From the IMG/VR virus record IMGVR_UViG_3300036952_000026, positions 1,547-65,546 of that record: DNA of 64,000 bases; one strand, written 5' to 3'. How positions within the stretch are numbered: position 1 is the first letter of the stretch; every line of letters begins with the position of its first letter. Shown piece by piece: positions 35,306 to 45,191 of the stretch. The stretch comes from a virus. Lineage: Duplodnaviria; Caudoviricetes. A model generated the notes under the pieces. It was not told the origin of the DNA. It did not search any database and saw only the letters and a list, made by a program, of their open reading frames with translations. Made by a program: the position numbers and the translations under genes.

Positions 35306-38300
35306 TCATGAAACGAACCACTCGTAAGTACGACCGCTGGCTTCCGCCTGCTTAACGATCGCTGCCTGTGCGCTATCCAGGAGCTTCTGGAAATATGTCA
35401 TGTCGACAATGAGATCCTGCTCCTTGTTTCTGAACTGTGCCATGTCTCGGGTAATCCACTTGAACCCCTTGGTACCTGAGACGGTAGACATCTTTCCATC
35501 CGGCGCGATACGCCAGACATCTGCACCACCGGTAGCCACTGGCATGAACGAACCAGTTCGACCGATATGGATCATCTCTTCGGGCTTGCCGTTCCCCTCG
35601 AAGTCGAGGTACATGCCGCTCTGGACAACGCTCTTTCTCTCGCAGTAGTCATCGAATACGACCTCTTCACCCGAGAACAGGGTCTTGAAGACGTACGGGT
35701 GCTGGAACTGTGCACCAACCGCTTCCCACTTCTGCTTATCAGGATCGTGCGCGATATAGACCGCGTCGTTCGTGAGGCAGAACCGGTCGTAGGTCGACTC
35801 ATGCTCGAAGTCGTAGCCGTAGTGCCGTCCGAACTCGAAGACGATCGGGATCGGGTCCGCCATCCCCTCAACGAGAGGAATCTTGATCGAGTCCGTCTTG
35901 ATATGGACGACCTGGTAGCCCAAGCTTTGCATGTGGTTCTTCAGGTCGATCATGAACAAGGCACCACGCTTTGCAACGATGTTGTCCTTGTTCCTGAGGT
36001 CCCGGAAGGCGTTGTCAAACTTCGCACTCGTCAGACCGTAGACGATGTTAATCACGATCTTCAGAGCGTACGAGAGCTCCTTCGCCTCATCGTCATTACC
36101 CGTGAGGAAGGGTGCGAGCTTCCCATCCAGCATCGTCTTGGCCGTCTCGTAATCACGAGCCTTGATGGCCAAGCGTGCGTCGAGCAGATCCTTGAACCGT
36201 GGGGTGTACGGTCCGAACAGATTCAACTCAACAATGCTGGTCGGATGCATACTTGCCACATCCAACACGGCGACGTTCTCGTACATACCAGGCTCGGCGT
36301 AGACGTAGCCGCCTTCGCTCGGGTTCTCGCCACGATATGTACTCACCCCTTGGTCGTACTCGTAGCCAGGGAACATGTCCGCAAGCTCCGTGTAGACGAA
36401 GGCATTCGATGGATTCGGATCATCTCCGAACAGGATCTTGGCGGTGTGGTTCTGCGTCGTGTGATTCACGGTGAGCCCGGACAACTCAGCAAGGATTTGC
36501 CTCGCCACGAAGTCCTGAGCACGATCCTTGAACACGGCCTCGGTGGCCATCACGTCGTTGACGCAGTATTCCTCAACACGCTTCCACAACTCCTGCGGAA
36601 CAGGCTGATCCCAGGGGAGGTCCAGCTCCGAGTGGTGAATTCCCAGCTCGATCTCAAACCACTTCAAGCTCTTCTTGACGGAACTGAAGTCGAAGATGTC
36701 GGCATAGGACAAGTTGTAAGCCTGTGCAAGGAACGCGCCCCTGTTCTCGTTCCCACCAGAAACGATCTTCTGACTACGCGCATAGAGCTCGGCGTTGCTT
36801 TCGCCAAGATATGCCGCGAGCAGAATGTGGTTGTCATACCGACGATTGTTGAAGCCGACCAACCTCTTCTGCAGGAGCGATTCAAGCTCCGAGCTAGATG
36901 GATTGATCAATCTCGCCACACCGTCGATGTCGAGTGCCTTCCAGCACACCACGAACAGGTTCGGATATACCTCGATGTCGTAGAAGACGATCGGTTCTTG
37001 TGATGCCTCGTCTCGCCCTGAGTCAGGAATCGATTCGAGATCTTTCTGTCCAACGAACTTCATCGACTGAACGATCTTCACCGATTCAGCAGACTGGTTC
37101 GTGCTCGTAAGAGCAAAGGTCAAGAGGACGGGTTTCATGTCCTCCACGTTGTAAGCGAGTCCCTCGTTGTAAGCGTCGTCGAGAACCTTCTTGATGAAAT
37201 CGACAGACGGCTTGGTATGGGGATGGAACTCTTTCCGAAGGTTCCTCTCGATCATCTCGCGGAGTCCCCGTTCTGATTGGATGCTCTTTGGTCCGATCAA
37301 AGACTTCTCCTTCTTCGGTAGACTGCCCTCGGGAAGGGGCATGATTTGCACGTTGTTGTGTGTGCTCAACTTCCTCCGAAGTGAAGCATCCCCGCGCGAA
37401 ACGAGGATATCGATTCCTGGTGCGAATTCCTTCTTCAACTCTGACGTGTCGCCAGAATATGTGTAATGGAGGTGCACCCCTCTACCACTCTTACTCGTTT
37501 CGGTGTATGTAGGTGGCCACTTAGAAGCCTCTTCGAGGTTGAGTCCGAGGTCCTTTTCGCCTTCGGCGTTTCGGAGATCGAAATCGATCACGACCAGGTT
37601 CTGTGGAACCTTGACGTAGTGCAATTGGTTGGTGTCGATGTCTGAGAGCGTCGTACTTGCCGTCGCCCACGGCTTCGGAGGAACGCCATACTCGTTTGCG
37701 GTTTGAGCAGGCGCTGTGGCGAATACCTCGTCAAATATGGACGATCCGGCCCCCAGAATGATCTCGTAGACACCCTCTGGCTTGATGGGCGTCTCCGTAG
37801 ATGGAGGAACGGGTTCCAGACCCTTGTACCCCTGGAAGTACTTTCGTACTGAAACCCCATCGACAGTTGTGCGGTCGTGGAACTCATAGAAGTAGTTACG
37901 CAGCTCCTCACGGAACTTGTACTGAGGAAGCATCTGCTTATCCACGTTCGTGGCCGTGCAGTACTCCTTGTACAAACCCCAAGCCTTCAACAGGGAGACC
38001 CCATCGTACTTTGAGAATATGTCGTTACATGCCTCTACGAAGTTGTAGAACACGTCCGTTTGCAACATCATCTGTGTCGGTCGGTACGAGCTGTAGTAGT
38101 TCTTACCCATAGCTTGGTACCTATCCAGACAATGCTTCGCAATCGCTCCAAGTTCGAACTTGACCTGGTCCATGAGTGAATGGTACAGGTCGTGCTCAAT
38201 CGTGAGACCGGTAGGGACCACGTCGATGAGCCGCCGGAGGATTCCCGACTTCGCATCTGTGATCTTCACCGGCAAGTTTGTGCCCATGAGCAAGAAGGTG

Positions 38301-39106
38301 TTAATCAGCATCCCGTAGGCTGACTTGTACTTCTCATTCATGGGAATGACCTCGTGGGCCACGATCGAGTTCAGCTTGGTGTTGTCGTAGATCTTCGACA
38401 GATCCCCGTCGTGCTGAATACCGACAAGAGGATTATCCTTGAATGCGCTGGCAGCGAAGCTGTTGTTGTTTCCAGCGAGTTCTCGGGCGTCGAACACCGT
38501 CGAATAACCCTGAAAGAGTTGTTCGATGATGTTAAGGATCGTTGACTTTCCACTACCTGGAGGTCCGTAGAACACCAGGAACTTCTGGAGGGACTTCGAA
38601 TCGCCCGACACGATTGCGCCAATAGCCCACTCAATCTTTGCTCGTTCTTCCTCGTTGTAGAGAGTACCTACGATGGTATCCCAAGCAGCATGATTCCCAT
38701 CGGCAAGAGAATATGGCAGCCGCTTCGAGGCGTAATCGGTCTTCTTAACATCGCTGTTGGCAAAGACCAGGTGTTCATCCAATGCGTGGAAGCTGTTTCC
38801 GCTGATACGGATGTAGTTCACGAACTCGCTCCACACCTTGGTGCTGTGCGATGACATGGTCGCTACCTTGTAGGGCACGCCATGCTTCGCTTCCAACTCC
38901 TGCTTTCGCCGCATGAGGTCTTCATCTACGAGTCTCACAACGTCGTAGACGTTCGTAGACCACAGTTGGCGCTCCTCGTCCCAGATCGCGTAGAACGATC
39001 CTCCACGAGTCATCAAGTCGGTCGTCGGACCAACTATCCAGTCGGGACGAAGTCGGAGAGAGCCGTCTTTCTTGTCTTCGATGATTGCAATTCTATAGAA
39101 ATCCAC
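35306..39106 (-). CDS. fused replicase: SF3 (D5-like) helicase, AEP primase and family B DNA polymerase with 3'-5' exonuclease
   Basis: YGPPGSGKST; ETSKSGRGVHLHY; FYDIEVY/GFNNRRYD (Exo I/II); LDVASMHPT, KIVINIVYG, IKTDSI (PolB A/B/C). Confidence 0.9.
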   Translation of the reverse strand: MDFYRIAIIEDKKDGSLRLRPDWIVGPTTDLMTRGGSFYAIWDEERQLWSTNVYDVVRLVDEDLMRRKQELEAKHGVPYKVATMSSHSTKVWSEFVNYIRISGNSFHALDEHLVFANSDVKKTDYASKRLPYSLADGNHAAWDTIVGTLYNEEERAKIEWAIGAIVSGDSKSLQKFLVFYGPPGSGKSTILNIIEQLFQGYSTVFDARELAGNNNSFAASAFKDNPLVGIQHDGDLSKIYDNTKLNSIVAHEVIPMNEKYKSAYGMLINTFLLMGTNLPVKITDAKSGILRRLIDVVPTGLTIEHDLYHSLMDQVKFELGAIAKHCLDRYQAMGKNYYSSYRPTQMMLQTDVFYNFVEACNDIFSKYDGVSLLKAWGLYKEYCTATNVDKQMLPQYKFREELRNYFYEFHDRTTVDGVSVRKYFQGYKGLEPVPPSTETPIKPEGVYEIILGAGSSIFDEVFATAPAQTANEYGVPPKPWATASTTLSDIDTNQLHYVKVPQNLVVIDFDLRNAEGEKDLGLNLEEASKWPPTYTETSKSGRGVHLHYTYSGDTSELKKEFAPGIDILVSRGDASLRRKLSTHNNVQIMPLPEGSLPKKEKSLIGPKSIQSERGLREMIERNLRKEFHPHTKPSVDFIKKVLDDAYNEGLAYNVEDMKPVLLTFALTSTNQSAESVKIVQSMKFVGQKDLESIPDSGRDEASQEPIVFYDIEVYPNLFVVCWKALDIDGVARLINPSSSELESLLQKRLVGFNNRRYDNHILLAAYLGESNAELYARSQKIVSGGNENRGAFLAQAYNLSYADIFDFSSVKKSLKWFEIELGIHHSELDLPWDQPVPQELWKRVEEYCVNDVMATEAVFKDRAQDFVARQILAELSGLTVNHTTQNHTAKILFGDDPNPSNAFVYTELADMFPGYEYDQGVSTYRGENPSEGGYVYAEPGMYENVAVLDVASMHPTSIVELNLFGPYTPRFKDLLDARLAIKARDYETAKTMLDGKLAPFLTGNDDEAKELSYALKIVINIVYGLTSAKFDNAFRDLRNKDNIVAKRGALFMIDLKNHMQSLGYQVVHIKTDSIKIPLVEGMADPIPIVFEFGRHYGYDFEHESTYDRFCLTNDAVYIAHDPDKQKWEAVGAQFQHPYVFKTLFSGEEVVFDDYCERKSVVQSGMYLDFEGNGKPEEMIHIGRTGSFMPVATGGADVWRIAPDGKMSTVSGTKGFKWITRDMAQFRNKEQDLIVDMTYFQKLLDSAQAAIVKQAEASGRTYEWFVS

Positions 39107-39119
39107 GGCTCTCCTTTCG

Positions 39120-39641
39120 CTAGATCAACCTGTTCTCGTCCACGTATTCTGCTAGCTGATACCAGATTTCAACCATCCTCTGATCGTGCTCGGTCATGCG
39201 CAGCGGGAAGAGCCCGCCGAAACCGTTCACATCGTATTGCCTCCACACGAATGCGTAAAGCTTTTCTTCGATGTCCGGAATATCGTCAGGGTCTACTCGC
39301 CTGTAATCCTCGAGTTGAAGGTTTTGTATGAACCTCCAGAACCATACCCGCAACGGCTCGGAAGTTAACCATGAAGCGTCGTTCGCGAGAGCCATAAGCA
39401 TCTCGAACACCGAACAACCCACGTGATCCCAATCCGGTCCTCGACCGTACTGAGTTACACGTATGAACTCCTGGCGCACTTCCAAGCCGCTCGATGCTCG
39501 GTTGTGGTCACCTTGCACCGTGGGTACGAACTCGTAGCGATGGAGAATCGAAAGTAAGTCCCAGTAGTTCGGGCGCTCTTGATCCTCAATCACCTTAGCG
39601 CACAGCCAGTTGAAATATAGCTCTTCAACTGGGTCGTGCAT
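39120..39641 (-). CDS. hypothetical protein (YFNWL..GGLFPL..EIWYQ)
   Basis: 173-aa ORF upstream of the replicase. Confidence 0.7.
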   Translation of the reverse strand: MHDPVEELYFNWLCAKVIEDQERPNYWDLLSILHRYEFVPTVQGDHNRASSGLEVRQEFIRVTQYGRGPDWDHVGCSVFEMLMALANDASWLTSEPLRVWFWRFIQNLQLEDYRRVDPDDIPDIEEKLYAFVWRQYDVNGFGGLFPLRMTEHDQRMVEIWYQLAEYVDENRLI

Positions 39642-39643
39642 GG

Positions 39644-40516
39644 TCAGTCGTCTTGACTGAGCCGGGGGAGCCGACGCGAGTGTCGAACTTCCTCAGCCGA
39701 CGCCTTGGCCTCTGCTTCGATACCCAGGATGGCATGGGCGTAGGACTCGTACGATCTGGCGATCTCGTACTCAGCCTCGAGGCGTGGGTTGCGGGCGTAG
39801 AACAGGTCTCCGTTGTTGGAACCATGACCCCACATGAGCGGGCCGATGATCTCTTCGAAGTTGAAGACCGGCTGATCGTCTTCGTCGGTCATGACATCGT
39901 CGCCGGCGTAGTAGGTCAGCGTTGCTTGACGGAACTTCGACTCTTCCGAGTGGTACTCGTCCGCATGGATGACGTAAGGATCACGATCTCCGCGCTTCCT
40001 GACCTCTTCGTCGTAATTCCACTCGCCTGCTGGGGTCGTGAAGATGTTCTCGATCTCCGTCTCTGCTTCTGGTTCCGCAGCGGCGTAGATGGACATTGCA
40101 GTCCTTGCTTCGAGTTCGGCGTCAGCTTCCGCCTTCAACCGAGCGCCTTCTTCATCGAGTTCCATCGTCACGACGGTCTCATCTCCTTCTTCCTTCACCT
40201 CAGTGATACGACCGAGGTGCTTCATGATCTTGGACCGGTCTTCCGGGCTCACTTCCTCTGCTGGCTCCAGCAACTCCTTCTTGGCAGGAGGGTTGTCGAA
40301 CGACAGAGACTCTTCAGCCTCCATGTCGGGAAACCGAAGGGTGAACTGGTCTGGGTTGGCAAGAGCCTCTTCGACAGTGACGTCGCCACCTTCGACCAAC
40401 GGATTCTTCGCTGCTCTGCGAGTCCCCACAAGGTAGCCCGCCGCTACCCCATAGAGAGCCGTCATCGCAGGAAGAGCCGCCGGATGCGCGAACGCGTTCA
40501 GCAACTGCTTCTTCAT
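39644..40516 (-). CDS. hypothetical protein with N-terminal TM segment and acidic region
   Basis: 290-aa ORF coupled to its neighbours. Confidence 0.7.
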   Translation of the reverse strand: MKKQLLNAFAHPAALPAMTALYGVAAGYLVGTRRAAKNPLVEGGDVTVEEALANPDQFTLRFPDMEAEESLSFDNPPAKKELLEPAEEVSPEDRSKIMKHLGRITEVKEEGDETVVTMELDEEGARLKAEADAELEARTAMSIYAAAEPEAETEIENIFTTPAGEWNYDEEVRKRGDRDPYVIHADEYHSEESKFRQATLTYYAGDDVMTDEDDQPVFNFEEIIGPLMWGHGSNNGDLFYARNPRLEAEYEIARSYESYAHAILGIEAEAKASAEEVRHSRRLPRLSQDD

Positions 40517-41391
40517 CAGAATTCCTCCAGCAGATTCTCGATGACCCCGTCGACGTTGAAGTCGAGCCAGGCCTCCTTGTTGGTGCCGTCAACCAGACCG
40601 GCGTTGTGGATCTCTTGGAGTCCGAAGTCGATGTAGCCATCGCCGTCCCCGTTCCGAACCCACCCGACGTGCTGCCCAGCCTTCGTCCGTTCGAAGCCGA
40701 GGGCCTCGTAGACGTCGTTCAGGAACACGTATCCACGAGCATTGAGATCGTGGTTGGCGATGTCCTGCTGGATCTGGATGAAGGCTCGGTTCATCTCCGA
40801 GTTCTTCTGCCACTTCGGGTTGGTCCTGTCGAACTGCTTGGCATAGAGCGACAGGCCTGGACGGGTCCGGATCTTCACGAGCTCCTTTGTGCCGTCTGGG
40901 TGCTTGATGGTCTGGCTTTCAAGACCATTGAACAGGTCCTTTTCCTTCTCTTCACCCAAGACCTCACGGACTCGGCCTCTGTACTCGCTGAAGGCCAGCA
41001 TCGTTGCCGCCAACGTGCCCTTGAGAGCGGTGTTGCGACGTGTCAACTGGACATGAGAGCCTGTGAGAGCAGCGACGGACAGACCGCCGATGATGATGGC
41101 AGGCGCGTAGACGTGAACGATGTGACCAGCACCCTTCGCATACACGAGAGCAACTGCTCGAGTTTCTTCCTTCTGGCTGGCGTACGGACCGCGTTCCTTG
41201 GTTGCCTCGACCTCGTTCTTGATCTGATCGAGCATCGGTTCTGCTTGGAGCGTGGCCTTGCATGCCATGACGGTAGCGACTGCTGCGCCACCAAGACCTG
41301 CACCGAAGAGGATGTGCGGAGAGTTCCGCTTGGTCTTCAGGATGGTCTTTGAGAGCTGCCGGGAAACCCCAGCAGGCAAGATCTTCTTCAC
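40516..41391 (-). CDS. DUF6353-like membrane-anchored protein
   Basis: SPHILFGAG...ACKAT, RRNTAL...F.EYR.RV; GTG start with GAAGG SD. Confidence 0.7.
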   Translation of the reverse strand: MKKILPAGVSRQLSKTILKTKRNSPHILFGAGLGGAAVATVMACKATLQAEPMLDQIKNEVEATKERGPYASQKEETRAVALVYAKGAGHIVHVYAPAIIIGGLSVAALTGSHVQLTRRNTALKGTLAATMLAFSEYRGRVREVLGEEKEKDLFNGLESQTIKHPDGTKELVKIRTRPGLSLYAKQFDRTNPKWQKNSEMNRAFIQIQQDIANHDLNARGYVFLNDVYEALGFERTKAGQHVGWVRNGDGDGYIDFGLQEIHNAGLVDGTNKEAWLDFNVDGVIENLLEEF

Positions 41392-41549
41392 TTGATCCTT
41401 CCTTCTCGCACGAGACGTGCGTATACGGCGAGTACTTGAGCATCGCTCATCTTGTTGACACGGCCCGTCCACTTCTCTGACCCGGAATATGCCTCGATGA
41501 TGCGCATCTTCTTCAGTTCGATGTCGTTTGCCATGTCACTCCTCTCGGA

Positions 41550-42197
41550 TTACTGCAAGACGATCGGCTGCGGAAGCACCATGATCCAACCATGCGGTGA
41601 TGGATCGATCTTGGCGCCTCGGAGGTTGTCCCAACCCCACTTGTTCTCGGCGTGATTGGTTGCGAGACCAAGCATCTTCTTCAGTTCGTAGACGGAGACC
41701 GTCCCGTACGACTGAAGACGGTCGTTGACCGCTTCGATGATGACCTCGGCGTCTTCACGTGTTGGCAAGACGAAGTCGTCAGGCGAAGCCGGCTGAAGAC
41801 CGGGCGCCTGGAACATCCGCTGTCCCACGGTGGAGGTTTGGACGCCGCCCATTCCGAACATGCGGTTGACGGGGGTTGCGTACGGAGTCTTGACGCCACC
41901 GAACGTACCGCCACCAATGCCAGGAACTCGTCCACGCTCGCCATACATGAGACGACCGATGCCCTTGTTGATGGCGTCGTAGAGAACGTCACGGGCGGAC
42001 GGGAACAGCACCTCGTTGATGACGTAGGACGCTGCCGTCTTTGCGTCGGTCGCCAAGAAGGTCTCACGGAACTTCTGTCCGAAAGGCTTCTTCTTGACCT
42101 TGACGGCTCCAGACACCACCTTCTCGACCGCAGGCTTTTCAGCTGGCGCGGCCTTTGCCTGTTGGCTGTTGCCCGAGTAATCGGTCTTTTCTGCCAT
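41550..42197 (-). CDS. hypothetical protein with related C-terminal domain
   Basis: YGTVSVYELKKMLG..KWGW. Confidence 0.7.
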   Translation of the reverse strand: MAEKTDYSGNSQQAKAAPAEKPAVEKVVSGAVKVKKKPFGQKFRETFLATDAKTAASYVINEVLFPSARDVLYDAINKGIGRLMYGERGRVPGIGGGTFGGVKTPYATPVNRMFGMGGVQTSTVGQRMFQAPGLQPASPDDFVLPTREDAEVIIEAVNDRLQSYGTVSVYELKKMLGLATNHAENKWGWDNLRGAKIDPSPHGWIMVLPQPIVLQ

Positions 42198-42224
42198 GTT
42201 TTCTCCTCAGTTTGGTTGGTTGTC

Positions 42225-42632
42225 TCAGGCCGACGGCTTGTCGGGATCCGAGGAAGCCTCAGCGGGAAGCTCCGGAAGCACGTTCTTCATGAACTCCGCA
42301 GCCTTCTCGTCGTCAGTGGCCAGCTCCATGAAGAGCACGTTGTACGCCATGGTCTCCGCGAAGCGCTGACGGATCTCATCGCTCTTCTGGAAGCGAAGGA
42401 TGCCGTTGTCCATGACCTGGTCACCCACGCCCATGAGGACGATGCGCTTGAAGATCTTGACGAGCCCCTTGCGGTCCTTGGTGTCGATGATCTTCTGGAT
42501 CATGCCCTCGAAGCCGGCGTCGAACTCGACTTCCAGCTCCACGAGCTCGGGCTGCGAGATGTCGAAGTACCAGGTGGAATCGCGGGTTTCGCCGTCGAAA
42601 TCCTTGTACGGGCCGATGGTTCGCTTGAGCAT
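42225..42632 (-). CDS. hypothetical protein (Y.DFDG...YF.IS..EL; chaperone-like)
   Basis: ORF with AAGGAG SD. Confidence 0.65.
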   Translation of the reverse strand: MLKRTIGPYKDFDGETRDSTWYFDISQPELVELEVEFDAGFEGMIQKIIDTKDRKGLVKIFKRIVLMGVGDQVMDNGILRFQKSDEIRQRFAETMAYNVLFMELATDDEKAAEFMKNVLPELPAEASSDPDKPSA

Positions 42633-42699
42633 TCGTTGTTCTCCTTGTGGATATGGCATGACCTAGGCTCCTTGTAGGGAGCTTTCGGCCATGATGGGA

Positions 42700-42930
42700 C
42701 TACTGGGGGACTTCGTCGTCCTCCTCGTCTTCATCGGTGATGCGGTCCTCGAACGAGAACTTGATCTCCTCCAGATCGAAGAGCTTCCGACCGAGAGCAC
42801 TCACTCCGAGCACCACGAGACCGCTGGCGATGCCGCCGACGATTGTGGTGAAGAGTGCGTACTTCAGCGGAGCGTCTTCGATGACGGTGATCTCCTTCTT
42901 GTTGAGAGCGTTTCTCACTGAGTCATGCAA
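42700..42930 (-). CDS. small membrane protein with acidic tail
   Basis: TM segment YALFTTIVGGIASGLVVLGVSAL. Confidence 0.65.
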   Translation of the reverse strand: MHDSVRNALNKKEITVIEDAPLKYALFTTIVGGIASGLVVLGVSALGRKLFDLEEIKFSFEDRITDEDEEDDEVPQ

Positions 42931-42964
42931 GGGGGTCTCCTTGGTTCTTGTGGTTGTCTTCTCA

Positions 42965-43738
42965 CTACATACTATGTAGCGTGTGCGATCCGAGCGGCTT
43001 CGTGTAGTTGAACGTGAACGCCAGACACGGAACGCCCTTGTCGGTGAGCGTTGGCGTGAACACGAGATCCATCAGTCCGGTTTCCACATCCCAACCGAGG
43101 TTGTCGATATGGTGATTCGGATAGACTTCGATTTCGTGGTAGAACTCCTTCACTGACATCCAACGCTCCTTGAGCAGCCGTTCGTTCACACGATTCACGG
43201 CTGCCTTGAGCGTTTGCATGTCGGACTCGAAGTATCTACCCGTCGTTAGGTCGCAACACAAACTGTCCCCACCCGCAGCCATGATGACCTCTCGGGCCTG
43301 ACTATGCGGATGAACGGTCTGCATCTGCTCTTCGACGACGGCGGCTTGAACCTTTTCCGCCTTACTCTTGCCCAAGGTTTCCTCAACCTTGGCTCGGTAC
43401 TCAGCGAATGCACGCTCAGTAAGCGAATATGCCGCGACAGCCGCAGCAGTACGACGCGTATGTACTCGATGGGAACCGATCACGCAGGCGACGGTGGTGC
43501 CACCGACAATTGCCGCCGGAACGAACTCCGGCCACACGATCTTTGCCTTGTCCATGAACGTCTGTTGATCCCAGGGGTTCGCGTCTTCGCGATTGAGCTT
43601 CTTGGACGCTTCGAAGGCGCCCTTCGCGCTCAAATATGCCGTGGCGATGACACCGCCGGCGGCACACGCGGTCATGATCTCTGGCGAATTGATCTTGGCT
43701 TTCTTGATCATCCGATTCAGCATTACGTTGTAGTTCAT
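42965..43738 (-). CDS. DUF6353-like protein, paralog of 40516-41391
   Basis: NSPEIMTACAAGGVIATA..RRTAA..FAEYRAKV..GRYFES. Confidence 0.7.
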   Translation of the reverse strand: MNYNVMLNRMIKKAKINSPEIMTACAAGGVIATAYLSAKGAFEASKKLNREDANPWDQQTFMDKAKIVWPEFVPAAIVGGTTVACVIGSHRVHTRRTAAAVAAYSLTERAFAEYRAKVEETLGKSKAEKVQAAVVEEQMQTVHPHSQAREVIMAAGGDSLCCDLTTGRYFESDMQTLKAAVNRVNERLLKERWMSVKEFYHEIEVYPNHHIDNLGWDVETGLMDLVFTPTLTDKGVPCLAFTFNYTKPLGSHTLHSM

Positions 43739-43990
43739 CGGCGATTCCTGGATTCACGAATGAAGATCCAGATGAGCCAAAAGCCGGCAGTGATGCAGAC
43801 CATGAAGCAGTCAAACAGAAATGCCATACATCCGTACTTGCGCATGGTTCATTCCTTTCTTGGTTGGGGCGAAATTGAAATGAGAAGCAAGGGCTGCTGA
43901 CCCATCTAAAATCAGCCGTTAAGTGCTATCAGCACCGCCAGGTAGGCAAGCTCTTGCTGTGGGCTTGCGCCTTAAGTGTCTTACCTTCTT

Positions 43991-44018
43991 CTCATTAGGG
44001 TCGCTGTAGAACTTGCGA
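43991..44018 (-). promoter_or_regulatory. phage promoter motif with structured 5' leader
   Basis: TCGCA-AGTTC-TACA-GCGACCC-TAATGAG. Confidence 0.85.
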
Positions 44019-44113
44019 GAAAAAGACATACCATGGGGGAGCGTCTTGGCTTATCCAATAACTCCCCCATGGGGTCTGTCTCTTCTGTTAGTTGGTTGTG
44101 TGAGGATTGGTTC

Positions 44114-44141
44114 CTCATTATGGCCGCTGTAAATCCTGCGA
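44114..44141 (-). promoter_or_regulatory. phage promoter motif heading an empty cassette
   Basis: TCGCA-GGATT-TACA-GCGGCCA-TAATGAG. Confidence 0.85.
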
Positions 44142-44196
44142 GACGCCCCTATACCAACTGTAGCTCGGGGGCTAGAGTTGGTACGGGGGTGAGGGA

Positions 44197-44451
44197 CTAC
44201 TCCCCGGCGGTCTCGGACTCGGGGGTCTCGGACTCGGGGGTCGGGGCCTTCTCGGCCTTCCCGGCCTTGTAGGTGGCGATCTTGTCACGGCCGAAGTTGA
44301 CGACCTTCTTGCCGACGGTCACGACGCCGACGACGGCTGCTCCGGTGAACAGCACGGCGCCGACGGTGGCGGCGGCAGAGGTGGCATCCTCTTCCGTGAG
44401 CACGATCTCCTCCTCAGGGGTGGGGTCGGTCTCGGTGGTCTCGTCTTCCAT
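44197..44451 (-). CDS. cassette-type small membrane protein (84 aa)
   Basis: Promoter at 44491, AAGGAG SD, central TM segment. Confidence 0.75.
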   Translation of the reverse strand: MEDETTETDPTPEEEIVLTEEDATSAAATVGAVLFTGAAVVGVVTVGKKVVNFGRDKIATYKAGKAEKAPTPESETPESETAGE

Positions 44452-44490
44452 GTCTTTCTTCTCCTTGTGATGGGATCTTGGGGTTGGTTC

Positions 44491-44518
44491 CTCATTATGG
44501 CCGCTGTAGAACTTGCGA
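44491..44518 (-). promoter_or_regulatory. phage promoter motif
   Basis: TCGCA-AGTTC-TACA-GCGGCCA-TAATGAG. Confidence 0.85.
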
Positions 44519-44890
44519 GTGCGTGAAAGCTCGAAAGCCCGTGTAGGGGCTCGCGAACTGAGGTTGTCATTACAGTCCTTGCGGCTTTTGCGACCTCTTC
44601 ACACGTATGTGCGCGTCAGATGAGGCCAAATATACCCATTTCTCCGCATTGCCCTCTAGGTCGCCGTCTAAGCGATTCCATACGAGTTAAGGGACAATCA
44701 TACAACTTTGATGCTGAGAGGCCGGCACAGCGCATTCTAGAGGGGTGTTTTTCCTGGAGATTGGTCAAAATTTCCCCCCGGGCAATTTTTACGAGAAAAA
44801 TGACATGCCTTGTAGGAAATTCGAGGGACGAACCCAGAAGCCGTGTAGATTTGGGTCTAAACAGCTTCTGGGCTCATTCCTTCCGTGGGA

Positions 44891-45172
44891 TCAGTGCTTC
44901 TTGCCGATGAAGGGCAGCGGGATCTTCGAGGTCCAGACGTTGTGCGTCTCGAACAGCATCACGCCGACTCCCAGGGCGAGGTTGAACAGGCCGGTGCCGA
45001 TCACGTCGCGACTCATGGGTTCAGCCTTCTTGGGCTTCACCTTGTTGAGGCGCTCGGTGACCGACAGCAGGTCCTTGTACTCGTCGGTCCGAGGGTCGAG
45101 TGCTGCCATCTCAGAAACGACTCGCGTCTGTTCCTCTTCGATGGGCTGAGGCTTCTTGAGCTTTTCCAGCAT
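44891..45172 (-). CDS. hypothetical protein (93 aa) with C-terminal hydrophobic segment
   Basis: Promoter variant at 45192, AAGGAG SD. Confidence 0.7.
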   Translation of the reverse strand: MLEKLKKPQPIEEEQTRVVSEMAALDPRTDEYKDLLSVTERLNKVKPKKAEPMSRDVIGTGLFNLALGVGVMLFETHNVWTSKIPLPFIGKKH

Positions 45173-45191
45173 TCTTCTCCTTATGGTTGGT

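Noticed and set aside
35567-37003. Long plus-strand ORFs (35567-37003; likewise 39653-40636, 41652-42677, 56728-58545, 58618-59772)
   Set aside because: Antisense shadows of GC3-rich minus-strand genes that carry clear motifs
44797-44824. Additional copy of the promoter motif
   Set aside because: TCGAA-N5-TACA is present but the TAATGAG element is missing
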